A program made the translations under genes and the position numbers. From NCBI RefSeq assembly GCF_963921235.1, contig NC_086106.1:20708001-20772000 (forward strand): a DNA stretch of 64,000 nt, in the 5' to 3' direction. Below the pieces are notes generated by a model, which worked only from the letters and a program-made list of their open reading frames with translations, did no database searches and had not been told where the DNA came from. This document shows, piece by piece, positions 63,697 to 64,000 of the stretch. The stretch's first letter is position 1, and the number at the start of each line of letters is the position of its first letter. This DNA comes from Mobula hypostoma (lineage: Eukaryota).

Positions 63697-64000
63697 GGTT
63701 TCTGTCAACACACAGAAACAGAGTCTAACCATTATGAACTTTTAATTGCCCAGCATAGCAGTCCAGTCAGGCTTCTGTGATTTGGCTCTGGTAAGCAACA
63801 GAGCGGAAGTCATGTACACTGACTGTGCTGCTGATTTGTCGGGACCAGTTTCTGTTCAGCTCCCCAAAGTCGTTATCCATATCATCGAACATTGCCATAG
63901 CTCACAAACCGCCTTTAACCCATCGGGTCTGAAATCAGTTGAATCCTCGAGTCAGACAGCGGACTTCGGAATGCTCCTCACCCTCACTTCTGTGCCCCGG
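63697..64000 (-). pseudogene. VH pseudogene (runs off the window) with a 23-type RSS
   Basis: GEEHSEVRCLTRGFN*FQTRWVK... resembles VH FR1/CDR1/FR2. The 3' RSS is cataatg-24 nt-acagaaacc. Confidence 0.55.

Overview
Eukaryotic, repeat-rich genomic DNA from a cartilaginous fish, most likely a ray (inferred from the CR1 and Penelope repeat families and shark-type Ig segments). It is part of an antigen-receptor locus, and almost all immune segments lie on the minus strand. Well supported: (i) a near-intact IgH-type V gene (leader 7910-7865, V exon 7755-7460, 23-RSS); (ii) a TCR-type D-D-J cassette (two 12/23-RSS D segments plus an FGXG-type J) at 160-937, with a paralogous copy at 51238-52002; (iii) decayed IgH cluster remnants (VH, JH with 23-RSS, CH-like exons) at about 21.9-28.6 kb and 58.3-64 kb; (iv) an approximately 51-kb-period segmental duplication (1-5.5 kb vs 51.1-58.7 kb). 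The rest is mostly CR1 LINEs, Penelope-like elements, a truncated Gypsy element, solo-LTR-like inserts with TSDs, a hAT and a Tc1 remnant. The main lead is an IgH V that appears to have lost its own D-J and sits upstream of, and RSS-compatible with, a TCR-type D-D-J, inside tandemly repeated Ig/TCR hybrid units. Many segments are pseudogenised, so function is unproven. Calls on degenerate exons come from manual translation and need HMM/BLAST confirmation. No prokaryotic features or CRISPR arrays were seen.
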